A DNA stretch of 55,085 nt from Octopus bimaculoides (GCF_001194135.2 NC_068993.1:25267191-25322275); one strand, 5' to 3'; numbered from the stretch's first letter, positions 1-12,704 are shown. Numbers and translations are program-made. Notes: generated from the sequence alone by a model not told the origin.

Positions 1-13
1 ATATATATATATA

Positions 14-330
14 TCATCATCATCGTTTAACGTCTGCTTTCCATGCTAGCATGGGTTGGACGATTTAACTGAGGACTGGTGAACCGGATGGCTGCACCAG
101 GCTCCAATCTGATTTGGCAGAGTTTCTACAGCTGGATGCTCTTCCTAACGCCAACCACTCTGAGAGTGTAGTGGGTGCTTTTACATGCCACCGGCACAAA
201 GGCCAGTCAGGCGGTACTGGTAACAGCCATGCTCAAAATGGTGTATTTTACGTGCCACCTGCATAGGAGCCAGTCCCACAGCACTGGCAACGACCTCACT
301 CGAATGTCTTTTCATATGCCAGTAAGGCAA
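14..330 (-). mobile_element. RTE LINE 3' tail with ~65-nt repeat units
   Basis: (CAT)n followed by the conserved tail GTTTAACGTC...CATGCTAGCATG...GGATGCTCTTCCTAACGCCAACC shared with other copies. Confidence 0.8.
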
Positions 331-756
331 CGCTGGTAACGATCACACACACACACACATATATATATGTATATATATACCCTCACACATACCAGGCCTC
401 TTTCAATTTCTGTCTACCCAATAATACTCTCACAGCCACCCTTGTACTAACATCTTTTTCCTAGGTATTGTGTGTCAAAGAACACGTCCAGTTAGTCACT
501 CTTTTGAGATGTTTACTTTTGTTTCTAGTTGGTCAGCCAACTATAAAGAGGCTTCTTCATTGGTTTATTTAACCTAGTGATGATGTTGAGTGGAGAATTT
601 TTTTTGCTCATAGCTGCCCTACTCAAGTACTAGGGGAAAATGGATATTTTAGAATGTTTTAACCCATCGATTAGCTACATTTCTTATGCAGAAACTGTTA
701 AAAACATCAATTTCATTGATCAGTGTTATTTCAGTTTTATGATATATTGGTTTAAG

Positions 757-969
757 GCAGCAAGCTGACAGAATTGTTACCATGCTGGGCAAAATGATTA
801 GCAGCATTTTGTCTGTCTTTACATTCTGAGTTCAAATGCTGCCAAGGTCAACTTTGCCTTTCGTCCTTTTGGTGTCGATAAAATAAGCACCAGTTGAGCC
901 ATGGGGCTGATGTAATTGACTTAACCTCACTTTTGAACTTGTTGGCCTTGTGCCAAAATTTGAAACCAA
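757..969 (+). mobile_element. SINE family A (other copies 9305-9508 +, 14640-14800 -, 16540-16680 +, 47935-48143 -)
   Basis: Shared core TTCTGAGTTCAAAT...GACTTTGCCTTTCATCC...GTCGATAAAATAAGTACCAG...GGCCTTGTGCCAAAATTTGAAAC across copies. Confidence 0.75.
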
Positions 970-1477
970 TTGGTGCCTAATTCACTTAATTTCTTGAGCA
1001 AAAAACTATACAAACCTTTGCATTGTAGATCTAAAAGATATTCTAAGAAATTCACATTAAGCTCACTATGCAACTTCGTTTTTGAAAAAAAACACATTCA
1101 TATGGAATTGATTTGTTATTATTTAACATTGTTGTACTCAACTACCATAGTTGTATCTTCTATGTCGATATCATTGTCAGATGATGTGAACAATTCCAAT
1201 TTCTCATCTTTTTCAACATATTTTTTTAATAAAAATGGGTTTTTTTTTTATTTCACGATTTAAAACATTGTATACAAATTTTTATTGTAAATGAAATAAT
1301 TTATATAAAGTGAAATTATTAAAAATTGCTATTTAAAAATAAAACATCTGAAAGTTGTTTTTTGTTTTTTCTTCTTCATTAAACCTTTCTGAAATAACTG
1401 TTCTCTTCTTTGCAAAGTTTTCTTCATACACTATTTACTAATGCAAAGCATGAACATCATAAACTCTCATAAAACTA

Positions 1478-2112
1478 TTGGGTTGACAACTAAGTTCCCA
1501 CCGTTTTTTTAAATTTTGGAATCTATTTTTTTTGAGAATTCTATTTTTGAATCATTTTGGAACCTATTCTGTTTTTTTTCTAGTTAATTTTAGTTAATTT
1601 TTGTTTATTTTCTGATCATTAAAATGGAATGTCAAGTTAAGAAAAAACGAGCATTTTTGACACCTCCTTCTTTTTGCTTTTAATCAAAGTTCTAAGGCCA
1701 CAAAAGCTGCTTGCGACATTTGTGCCGTGTATGGATAGGGTGCCTTGGCTGAAAGAACCACTCGTGATTGGTATGCCAAGTTCAAAAATGGAAATTTTGA
1801 CCTCAAAGACGCACCTTGTTCTGGCTGTCCAGTTGAGTTCAATGAAGAGCGATGAAATCAACTTTTGCATGGAAATTCTCTTTCAAATGCCTTGTGCAGA
1901 GTTTCATTCAACTCTGATGCAGAATTGAGAGCTTGGTTGGATCAATTTTCCGAGTCGAAATTGGGTGATTTCTACCAACGAGATATTGAAAACCTTGTTG
2001 AACATTGGGAAGAAGTTGTAAACAACTAGGATGAATACATTATCGATTAATTAGTTATTTTTTGTTAAAATTTAAATTTTTAAAAACAGCAGGAACTTAG
2101 TTGCCAACCTAA
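1478..2112 (+). mobile_element. Internally deleted mariner DNA transposon
   Basis: TA-flanked TIRs TTGGGTTGACAACTAAGTTCC / GGAACTTAGTTGCCAACCTAA. N-terminal remnant WYAKFKNGNFDLKDAPCSGCP is joined to the C-terminal remnant FYQRDIENLVEHWEEVVNN. Confidence 0.88.
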
Positions 2113-2632
2113 TAGGTTAATACTTATAAATCTAGACAAATTGTCATTGCCATGACATTCTGCCTAACCTGTTCTTGGTTTAATTTATTATTTTAATGAG
2201 GCACTAATTAGAAGTTGTGATCCTTATCTTCTAGTTCAATTCATCACTTCAAGTCACTATTGAAATTTCTTTGAATATCCTTTTAATATGTTCATAAGTT
2301 TTACTCCCTCTGAGAGTTGTTATCTTCCTATCAGTTCAATTATACACCATTTTCACAAGTCATAGCTAATATATATTTTTAGCTAGGCTGAAACAATCAG
2401 AACCATCTGCATTGTCAATAATGTCTAAAAGTTCCAAACACAAAAGATTTAAAATGTATAGTGACACTTTTTCAAAGGGTCTGTGGATTTCTCTCACTTG
2501 CAATGTTTATTTCATGTGCATAATGCATTTAAGGCACAAACATCACAAATTCTCCATTTAAATTGTATAGTTCATAAAAATTTAGCCAGGTTCTTTTACC
2601 CAAGACATACTACATAAATTTGTAGTACAAAA

Positions 2633-2777
2633 ATGCCTGAATGGTTTAAGAAGTTTCTTCCAACCATATGGATATGGGTTCAATGCTAGTGCACAACACT
2701 TAGGGCAAATATCTTCCATTATAGCCTAAGGCCAACTGAAGCCTGATGAGTGGATTTGGCTGACAGAAACTAAAAGA
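2633..2777 (+). mobile_element. tRNA-derived SINE family B, 5' part (similar fragment at 33355-33470)
   Basis: A/B-box-like head plus GGGCAAAT...TATAGCC...GAGTGGATTTGG core. Confidence 0.6.
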
Positions 2778-3699
2778 TGATGATGATGATATCATCATCA
2801 TCATCATCATCATCATCACGATAAATGATGATAAATCATTTTCATCATTTAACATATGTTATCCATGCTGGCATGAATTAGACAGTTTGAAGTAGAAGAC
2901 TGCACCAGGCTTCACTGCCTTTTTTTGGCATGGTTTTAATGGCTGGATGCCCTTCCTAACAACAACTATCTTACAGACTGAGTGCTTTTTACATGGCACC
3001 AGCTAAGTCTGTTTTGACATGGTATTGTCGACTGGATGCCCTTCCAAAATGCCAACCACATACAGTGCGGACTAGATGCTGTTTACATGGCACCAGCACT
3101 GGTGAGATTACCAAGTAACTTGCAAGACAGAGATCCTTTGAGAGGTGGGGGACATTGGAGGAGGTGGCCTTGTGCAAGGTGATGAGAGGTGAGAATGTGT
3201 CAGAGGGACAGAAACAAGTGTCTTGCTGTAGAAGGGATACATGTTTAGCCAGTCAGAGAGAGTGATCAAGAATGAGAGAGTGGAAGACAGCAAGGGTTTG
3301 AGAGCAGGAGAGAGATGGTGGCAAAGTGCCAGGGCATATCCTCAAGGTATGAGGATCAGAAGATAAATGGGTTGGTAGAGTAGAGAGATACAGATTGTGG
3401 TGAAGTGACAGGGCATACTCTAAAGGTATTGCCAAGGGTGAATGAGGAGGGAGTAGGGACTTCACATGAATGCAGAGTGTGCAGGGTGAGGAATACAATG
3501 ACTGGTGAAACTTGGGTATATAGAGGAGGTGGGGAACAACAGGATAGCAATGATACAGTGGAGACACGACTGGGGAGTGAAAAAGAGGAAATATAAGGAA
3601 GAGAAGAGATATAGTTTGGCATGCTGAGTTAGGGTGTGTGAAAAATTTTATTCTTACATGTGGGTGGAACACACAGCACTCCCAAAACTCAGTTTGAAT

Positions 3700-4880
3700 G
3701 AAGATGGTTTGAGGTTCCCAAGAACCTCATACCATCAGACATCCCAGTCCATTAGTTTGTGAGGTTCAGCATCCTGAGATTGGTTTTCATTAATTTATCT
3801 CATGTCCTCCTCTGCCACAGGTGCCACCCTCTTTCAATATATATAACTGTCTTTATACATATTGCATGTCCAAACCAACGTAGTCTTCTGCACAATTTTT
3901 CTCTTAGCATATTTGCATTTTGTCATACATGCACATTGACGCAGTATATCTACTGGAGCATACTAGCTTCATTCCTCTCTAGTCTATGCATGCCTTCTGC
4001 AGTCATAGCCCACATCTCGCTACCATGGAGTATAGCCATTCATACACAGGTCCTTTTGTTGCTAACAGAGGTAATAGCTCTCTGAACTGCCTCCATCCTG
4101 TTCTTATTCCAGCAACAATACTTTCAGCACATCCTCCACCATTCCTAGTTGGTCACCTGGGTAACAGAAACAATCTATAAACTCAAGAGAGCCTCCTGGG
4201 TGTTTAAGAGTCGAATTCCCAAGTGTTCTTAGTGCGTATTGTTCCTGCACATCTACCATATATGAAGACAACTTTTTTGTTAATCTACCTGTGATTCCAC
4301 TGCACCTCTGTTGTGTCCATAGCTTAAATTGGTTGCAACAAATGGAATTACTTCCAACTCCTTTCCTATGTACTGTGCAGGGCCAGATACCTGACAGAAA
4401 GAGAGTCTTATCTACTTTCTTGCTAACAACAGCTTTGGTCTTTGCTTGTTAACTTAAGGCCCTTTGATTCCAGATTTTGCTTCTATACCAGGAATTTCTT
4501 CTCCAATTCTGCAACAACAGTGAGGTCAGCAGCACAGTCTGGAAGACTATGATGAATGAGTGAACTGAGAACTGAGCCTGGTGAACTCCTACTTGTACGC
4601 TAAATTAATCACTGTATTCATGACTGACAGCACCACTATATATAGCTTGTACAGCTTTTACAAGCCACTCATCTACTCTTAAGTTCCTTAGAGATCGCCA
4701 GATAACAGAGCAAGGGACTCTATCAAATGCTTTCTCCAGGTTGACGAAAGCCATGTACAATGGCTTGCTTTTGGCCAAATACTTTTGCTTCTGTCTCATT
4801 AGAAAGATGGTATCTGTGGTACGCTTCCTGCATCTCATCTAATTTAATTCTTTTCCTAATCAACTGAGCCATAATCCTTT
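3700..4880 (-). mobile_element. Decayed RTE LINE, RT region to 3' end
   Basis: TTDTIFLMRQKQKYLAKSKPLYMAFVNLEKAFDRVP in frameshifted minus-strand ORFs. Confidence 0.85.
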
Positions 4881-4889
4881 CTGTAAATA

Positions 4890-7350
4890 TACATTGGAGG
4901 TTTCTATGGGACAACCTGTTGAGGAACACTGACCAGATCTGTAGATGGTGCAAGGTCCCCTCTCGACCCAAGATAACGTGGTGGTGGATCAATGTTGTTG
5001 ACAGGGCTAGTAGAGAAAAAAAACAGGCTTGGAAGGACTGGAAGAACGGTGGTAGCAGGGAATTGTATCAGACTGCCAAAGGGAAGCTAGGAGACAGGTT
5101 TATTTAACCAGAAGGGAAGCAGATAAGAAAAAATTTGCCAATCTTCTGCACCATGAGGACGAAAGACTTGAGGTATTTCATGTTACAAGACAGTGTGTGA
5201 GAAAGAATCATGATGTCGTACGAGAGAAATGTGTCTGCATGGATGATGGTTCACTTGCACTAAATGAGGCAGCAAAGAGGGAGGTTTGGAGATGCCACTT
5301 TGAAAGGTTGCTCAATAAAGAAAATGAATGGGAGAAAGAGAGTCTGCCGAATGTCGACCCAACAGAGAGACCAGCTATTCGAATTGACAGTACCTTGGTA
5401 GATAAAGCAATTAAGAGTATGAAGACAGGGAAAGTCCCCGGCCCATCAGGAATCACCACAGAGATGCTCAAAATATCTGGTGGTGTTGGCTTTAGCCTAG
5501 TCACCCGTATAGTTAACCAGATGATACATGAAGGAGTCATACCTAATGACTGGTATAGCATAGTCAACTGCTACAAAGGTAAAGGTGACGCTTTAGATAC
5601 AAATAATTACAGAGGTATCAAGTTGATGCATTAGGTAATGAAGGTCATAGAGAGAGGCATAGACCAACTAATTAGGAAGAGAGTCAGTTTAGATGAGATG
5701 CAGTTTGGGTTCGTGCCTGGGAAAAGCACCACTGATACTATATTTCTGGTAAGACAGCTGCAGGAGAAATACCTAGCCAAAGATAAACCTCTGTACCTGG
5801 CTTTTGTTGACATGGAGAAAGCCTTTGACAGGGTCCCCCAATCCCTTATCTGGTCGTCAATGAGTAAGCTAGGGATAGATGAATGGTTAGTGAGAGCTGT
5901 GCAAGCCATGTACAGGGACGCTGTCAGTAAGGTGAGGATTGGCAATGAGTACAGTGAAGAATTCCAGGTAGAGGGGTCCACCAAGGTTCAGTCCTCAGCC
6001 CCCTCCTATTTATCATAGTCCTCCAGGCAACAACAGAGGAATTCAAGACAGGATGCCCTTGGGAGCTCCTCTATGCTGATGACTTTGCACTTGTAGTGAC
6101 GTCATATTGGCGCCAAAAAGCATAGGCGCCATTACTGAATCCTTAACCACGCATGCGTGGGTTTCAACATCGAAGCGTTCCCGCGATTAGACTGTCTCTT
6201 ACCAAGCCAGACAGTGACCAAGCAAGACGTCTAAGCAAGCTCTCCCATTTGAGTGTGGTTGAACCTAGTTGTCTCTATAACGACACCAGCTCGAAGAACC
6301 GTACATCTACATTTCAGGCTACTCTAAAAGCGGACAATTAGAAGCTGTTTTCCTTTTCTACCGAACAATAAATATTTGTTGTTGTTGATCAGTTTGGAGT
6401 TTCTGCGTTCAGTTCTCTTCCAATTTAATGTAGGAAAGTTAGGTGTATATCTAAAGATATATAACCCACTCTCCTAAACTCTAATTGCTGAGTCACTATC
6501 AGAACTAAAGGAGAAGTTTCAGGTGCGGAAGCAAGGATTAGAATCGAAGGGCCTTAGANNNNNNNNNNNNNNNNNNNNNNNNNNNNNNNNNNNNNNNNNN
6601 NNNNNNNNNNNNNNNNNNNNNNNNNNNNNNNNNNNNNNNNNNNNNNNNNNNNNNNNNNAGACCTTTGGAAATATGCTGTGCTTGAGAAGACCCGGCAAGC
6701 CAAGTGAGACCATAACCCGTGGCCTATGCCAGGGGTGTAACCAGCCTACTTATGCGTACCTTTCCGTCATTGGACACTAAACTCTACTAGCAAAGACCTG
6801 TTGAGGTAAGTGAAATCGAAATCAAATTCAATGACAGCACCGCATGACTGGCATCTGTGCTAGTGGAGTGCTAAGAGCACCATCCGAGCGTGATCGTTGC
6901 CAGGGCTACTAACTGGCTCCCGTACCGGTGGCATNNNNNNNNNNGTGATCGTTGCCAGGGCTACTAACTGGCTCCCGTACCGGTGGCATGTAAAAAGCAC
7001 CATTTCAAGCATGATCGTTACCAGCATCGCCTTACTAGCACGTGAAAACCAACATTTGAGCGAGGTCATTGCCAGTGCCGCTGGACTGGCTCCTGTGCAG
7101 GTGGCATGTAAAAAATACCATTTGAGCGAGGCCGTTACCAGTACCGCCTGACTGGCCCTTGTGCCGGTGGCATGTAAAAAGTACCCACTACACTCTCAGT
7201 GGTTGGCGTTAGGAAGGGCATCCAGCTGTAGAAACTCTGCCAGATCAGATTGGAGTTTGGTGCAGCCATCTGGCTCGCCAGTCCTCAGTCAAATCGTCCA
7301 ACTCATGACAGCATGGAAAGCGGATGTTAAATGATGATGATGATGATATA
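4890..7350 (+). mobile_element. 5'-truncated RTE LINE (RT domain, VNTR 3'UTR, (GAT)n tail), interrupted by a solo LTR and gaps
   Basis: [45 protein letters not shown] and LYADD motifs; stops and frameshifts present. Confidence 0.92.
6092..6478 (+). mobile_element. Solo LTR (387 bp, likely Gypsy-type) inserted just after the YADD codons of the RTE
   Basis: Termini TGTAG...CTAAA (canonical CTACA with one change), 4-bp TSD CACT/CTCT and internal AATAAA. Removing it restores D-D-F-A-L-I-A-E-S-L. Confidence 0.8.
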
Positions 7351-7918
7351 TGATAGATGAGCAAAAACAAGAAAAAATACAAGAGGGACAAGTTTTCACA
7401 AATGTGTTATTAGTCTCATACTTGAAAAAGGAAATCAGAAAAAAGAAATGGTTAATAGAAAGAGGGGATGAAGGAAGAAAGGATGTATATGTGTGTGTCT
7501 CCTTATCTTGAGATTATGCGATAGCTGCAAATGAGTGTCACCATAAAACAAGCAGATGAGATATTGCTTGTTTGAAAACAGTTGACTATTGGCAACAGGA
7601 AGGGCATCCAATTGTAGAAAGTTTGCCTGTAACAAGTGTACATTAAAACGATGATGAAGACGACTATGATAGCTATTAAAAGAATGTTCCATATTTGGGG
7701 AACCAGTTATATAGCATTGCATGTTAATTTGGTAATTAAAATATGTAGTAATAGTAACGTAGGTATTGCAAAGCAATGTTTGATGATATAAGGGAGGTAA
7801 TAAATAATTATTACCATATAACAAGTTGTACTTGTCCAATTTGGTCTCAATACTTATTTTGAACCTATACTCACAATTATACTTGTGCATAGAAGGATCT
7901 TTAAAGTTTATATGATAT

Positions 7919-9250
7919 ACTAGCAGTATAGCCCGGCGCTGCTCGGGATCAAGCTAGGATTATTAAATGATCAAGTGCTTTATTTCAAACCAAAATAAGT
8001 AACATGGACATCAGATTTGAGCGAAATCCGTTGAAATTGGTTTGGCTGAAAATGGTTTGCTGGCAATTTGATTGGGAAATCCCATAAGGAATCAGTTTAT
8101 TGGTTATTTCCACTCATTGACTGTTTTTTTTTTAAAGTTGCATTAGAGATCTGCATAGGAAAAGGTTGATCTGAAGGTTTGCATTGGGGATGTGAATTGG
8201 AGTAACTTAGGAAAACTTACCAACAGCCTTAACCAAAAAATAAGGGGCCTGTCCCTTCTAGGTTAACTCTAATCCTAAACCCTAACCCTAACACCAACCC
8301 TAATCCTAACCCTAACACCCTAGTGGAAATCGTTCGGGTGTTAATCTGAAAAATNNNNNNNNNNNNNNNNNNNNNNNNNNNNNNNNNNNNNNNNNNNNNN
8401 NNNNNNNNNNNNNNNNNNNNNNNNNNNNNNNNNNNNNNNNNNNNNNNNNNNNNNNNNNNNNNNNNNNNNNNNNNNNNNNNNNNNNNNNNNNNNNNNNNNN
8501 NNNNNNNNNNNNNNNNNNNNNNNNNNNNNNNNNNNNNNNNNNNNNNNNNNNNNNNNNNNNNNNNNNNNNNNNNNNNNNNNNNNNNNNNNNNNNNNNNNNN
8601 NNNNNNNNNNNNNNNNNNNNNNNNNNNNNNNNNNNNNNNNNNNNNNNNNNNNNNNNNNNNNNNNNNNNNNNNNNNNNNNNNNNNNNNNNNNNNNNNNNNN
8701 NNNNNNNNNNNNNNNNNNNNNNNNNNNNNNNNNNNNNNNNNNNNNNNNNNNNNNNNNNNNNNNNNNNNNNNNNNNNNNNNNNNNNNNNNNNNNNNNNNNN
8801 NNNNNNNNNNNNNNNNNNNNNNNNNNNNNNNNNNNNNNNNNNNNNNNNNNNNNNNNNNNNNNNNNNNNNNNNNNNNNNNNNNNNNNNNNNNNNNNNNNNN
8901 NNNNNNNNNNNNNNNNNNNNNNNNNNNNNNNNNNNNNNNNNNNNNNNNNNNNNNNNNNNNNNNNNNNNNNNNNNNNNNNNNNNNNNNNNNNNNNNNNNNN
9001 NNNNNNNNNNNNNNNNNGCGCGTACGCACAGATTTGACTTCGCCATGTCAACAAACTTCAAAATTGGTTAAAGTTTATCGATTTTTACAGTTATACGCGG
9101 GTACCTCTGAGAGAGAAAGTTCACTAAAATGCACATAGGGTCATTCCGAATCTTCTCCAAAAATTGGAGCGACATGCGTGCTAATTTGTAGACGTGCATA
9201 AACCACATTCACGTACACACACACACAAAAATCCTCTGTTTTATAGATAT
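7919..9250 (+). mobile_element. Non-autonomous Helitron/Helentron-like element (central 663 N)
   Basis: 5' ACTAGC with CCCGG...TCGGG hairpin; 3' (CA)n followed by TTTTATAGATAT; no TIR or TSD seen. Confidence 0.4.
8265..8322. repeat. Degenerate interstitial (CCCTAA)n telomere-like repeat, ~9 units
   Basis: TAACTCTAATCCTAAACCCTAACCCTAACACCAACCCTAATCCTAACCCTAACACCCTAG. Confidence 0.7.
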
Positions 9251-9619
9251 TGATAAGGTGGTTGGGGTCTAAAGCCATGCATCAAAACATTTCATTTATA
9301 TTATTAAAGCAGAAGTGTTAGCACATCAGGCAAAATGCTTAGCAGCATTTCATCCGTCTTTATATTCTGAGTTCAAATTCAGCCATGGTTGACTTTGCCT
9401 TTCATCACTTTGGGGTCAATAAAATAAGTACCCGTTGAGTACTGAGGTCAATACAATTGACTTACCCACTCCCCTAAGTTGCTGGCCCTGTGCCAAAATT
9501 TGAAACTGTTATTATTATTCATTTTGTTCATCATGTATAAGTACGTGTTCATTATTTTATTCAATTTTAGAAAAATTGAAACATGTCTTAAACAACTATG
9601 GGGTGTATTGAGCTTATTT

Positions 9620-9830
9620 TGCGTGTGACTTTCGGACATCTCAATATTGGCCAGATTTCTCCCATTCTATTCCTCTTTCTTTTTTCTTGCATTTATGACA
9701 AGGAGGTACATTTCCTACCTGGTCAATAAGATTGTGCTCTCCCAAAAAGGACATCGCTTCATCTTCACTTGAGATTATTTTGTAAAAGTCTCTCGCCAGC
9801 ATGGTGCTAGTGTGAACAACTAAATGGGCT
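9620..9830 (-). mobile_element. Possible Merlin/ISXO2-like transposase N-terminal relic
   Basis: EDEAMSFLGEHNLI...PPCHKC...ILRCPK zinc-finger-like pattern with a frameshift; family assigned from memory only. Confidence 0.35.
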
Positions 9831-11127
9831 AGAATTAATTGAAGGCCACAAGTGGGTTGTTTGGTAGAGTGCATTGTCATTTACGGTAGGTTGCAAATAG
9901 CAAGGTCGATATCATATGATAGTAGCACCACATTTGATCACCAAATATTGGAATATATAAATTCCTTATATTGGTACAAACTTACAAATTTGTAAAGGAA
10001 GACTGCAAGCAATATAATTGCCTGATAATTCATGAATGCTATTTTTTTGTCTCTTGTGCATCACCCCCACCACAAAAAAAAACTGTGATGCTAAGCAATG
10101 ATAGTCATTCTGGATCACATCAGTACTTTTTGATAAACGTCAGTATGGAAAACTTAAAGTAAATTGATGGGACAAATGATAATAAGATCCACCAACCTAT
10201 CTAGGAAGGCAATAACTCCAAACAAGAACTGATGCAAACTATGACAATCTGTCCAATCTAAGCTAGTATGAAATGGGAGATAAAATAATGATGAAATGAA
10301 ACCTGATGTTGATTGGTAGGTTCAGAAAAGATTTAACCAATACTGCCTTAAAATGATGCTGAGAGATTACAGAGAATATGTATTTTATTTCATAACATCA
10401 GTTAATAAACATGACATGTAAAATCTTGTAGACGTGTACAGTAATTCAAAATGATTTAAACGCACAATTCAGACGAGCATTATTTTACAATTTATTTCAT
10501 TTATAGATAGACTTGTTTTAGTACATTTGAACATTTTCATTGTTGGAACAGTAACTTTTCAGCCTTTGTAAAGGATTCTCCTTTCTACAATTGACCACTC
10601 AACCTTAATTAAGTGCACATCTATAACACTATTATAGCTATAGTGACCTTTGATCTTCAAAGTTAATATTCAATGCAATTCCTTAAGACATTTCAAACCA
10701 ATAAGTGACTGATTAGAATTTTGCATTGATTTCAATTATCAAATGTAGACTCACATATCATCAAAGTACACCGTGTATAAAACTAGGATCCACCAAACAA
10801 ATAACAATTAGTTGCTGGAATAGTAGCTTTGAGGTCACATTGTTATATATTATGTTGTAACCCTAGATAGGGCACAAAGCTTTTTTGACAAATTCAGCTT
10901 GGCCAAGGACAAGTACAAAAACATACTTGGATGATTAGCAGTAAGAAGGGACACAACTATCCTTGTCTGGTTATTAAACACCTTTTTCATGTGATGTCCT
11001 GCTAAGGAATAAACTAAGAAATGTAGAATAGGGCATCACATGAAAAAGGAGTCTAATAATCAGACAAGGATAGTTGAGTCCTTTCTTATTGCTAATCATT
11101 CAAGTATGGTTTTTGTACCTGTTTTCA

Positions 11128-11130
<3 letters not shown>

Positions 11131-11179
<49 letters not shown>
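11131..11179. repeat. (AT)24 microsatellite
   Basis: Direct reading. Confidence 0.95.
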
Positions 11180-11183
<4 letters not shown>

Positions 11184-11818
11184 CACACACATATACATTT
11201 GTATGTATAAAACAGGATAAGTGACATGGTAGAGTGATAAAAACATTGAAACACTGCATGAGAAAAAAAATAAAAATTGAGCTGAGCCTAGAAATAACTG
11301 TCTGAAGAAGACAGCTAAAGAGTGTTGTAGGATGAATAAATTCAAACTCAATGCAGGACAAAAATGCACAAAATGAAGTTCATAGAACATAAACTTTAAA
11401 TTACTTCATCAATAAGCCATAAAAGAAAATTGTTACATTCAGCTGTAAAAGTATTTGCTTTAATGATATACAATTTCATAAAACTTATCTCACCCCTGCT
11501 ATCTTGAAATAATAGATATAACCCATTAAAAAAAATACGCCTATCAGTACCAATTAGTTGATTTTTTAAAAGTAATCAGGTCATTTGAAGACCTGATCAA
11601 ACTCATAAGAATACTGATAACTTGATACTATAATGGAATAAAATAAAAATAGAGGTAAAATTGTGAAAGAAAAATAAGGAAACAACCTGCAATGTTTCAT
11701 GTATAATTAATGTTAAACCCAGCTGAGAGAAGACAGTCAAATCAATGAGGACAATATGGAAAGGAATTCTTGTTCCAGACACACCAAGGAATTACTTCTC
11801 TTTCATCAGTTAAATGTT

Positions 11819-12247
11819 TTAATAACGGTATTTAGTAGAATAATCCTTTGGTGAGACAACAAGACCACGTCCCTTTCTTGCCCCTCGATACACAGTCTCA
11901 ACAATATCAATGAATTCCTGACAATCTTCTAAGGCCCAGTTGATCTTATTGTTGTTACCAGTCCCTAAATCAATCATGATATGCTTATTACGATAGAAAA
12001 ACATGACCGTGCAAGGGTCATACAACTCATACATCTTGTTGAAGTCAGGAACTTCAGTAATGTCTACAAGATAGATTACAACAAAGTTTTTGATTTTTTC
12101 AGCACATTTATAAAGTACTTCATCCATAACCATGCAGGTGGGATCCCAGTCGTGACCAAACCGGATGACAACAACACGATCCTCCTCTGAGAGAATGGCC
12201 TGGTCCACTTGCCAGCCATTGTGGAGATGAGGTAACATATACGACAT
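11819..12247 (-). CDS. TXNL4A: Thioredoxin-like protein 4A / Dim1 (U5 snRNP 15K), 142 aa, uninterrupted CDS
   Basis: ATG at 12247-12245 to TAA at 11821-11819 is 429 nt. It reads MSYMLPHLHNGWQVDQAILSEEDRVVVIRFGHDWDPTC...RKGRGLVVSPKDYSTKYRY, near-identical to Dim1 as recalled. The longer ORF-track start lies upstream of a strong acceptor (T-tract GCAG; exon starts 12294). Confidence 0.98.
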   Translation of the reverse strand: MSYMLPHLHNGWQVDQAILSEEDRVVVIRFGHDWDPTCMVMDEVLYKCAEKIKNFVVIYLVDITEVPDFNKMYELYDPCTVMFFYRNKHIMIDLGTGNNNKINWALEDCQEFIDIVETVYRGARKGRGLVVSPKDYSTKYRY

Positions 12248-12704
12248 TCTGGCTGGATTATTTTGTTTTACTTCTTCAAAGCCGACATAGAACACTGCAA
12301 AAGAAAAAAAAAATAATAAATACAGAATCAAAGAACTATAGTTCTTATTTTAATGTCCATATGCAGCCATGGAAAATTGTTGGACCAAAATAAATGCTAC
12401 AATACTTGAAGTTCATAAAACCAGGAGGTGGGTTTTTTTGTATGTTAAAATAGGTTGGATGTGTTCCTCTTTCTTATAAATTACTGGTTTTAAACCTAAT
12501 CCCATGCTGACAATGCCAGATAATAATAAAGTATAACATCAACTTACATTTGCAGGGTTGAAAATAAAAGCAATTCTTTGCAATTGTTACAGTGTAACAA
12601 GATTTTTGTTCTCGGATAGCAACTGTTGTTTCCTATTTGCTTACCTTCAGAAAGTATGAAAAATGGCTAATATTTTCTTCAAACTTTGCTTCTGCTACAT
12701 TTAT

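Noticed and set aside
2755-2795. CTGATGAG...GAAAC hammerhead-like cores
   Set aside because: No stem II, I or III pairing; it is a mutated SINE-B segment.
6896-6989. 45-bp direct duplication either side of a 10-N gap
   Set aside because: Identical overlap at contig ends, typical of a negative-gap scaffolding artefact.
6880-7195. CRISPR-like repeat-spacer appearance (also 20230-20420)
   Set aside because: Linkers are homologous to each other, the array lies in an RTE 3'UTR of a eukaryote, and no cas genes are present.
12248-12331. 28-aa N-terminal extension of the 170-aa ORF
   Set aside because: It runs through a T-rich acceptor (AG at 12296-12295) and starts at a non-ATG codon. The Dim1 homology begins at 12247.
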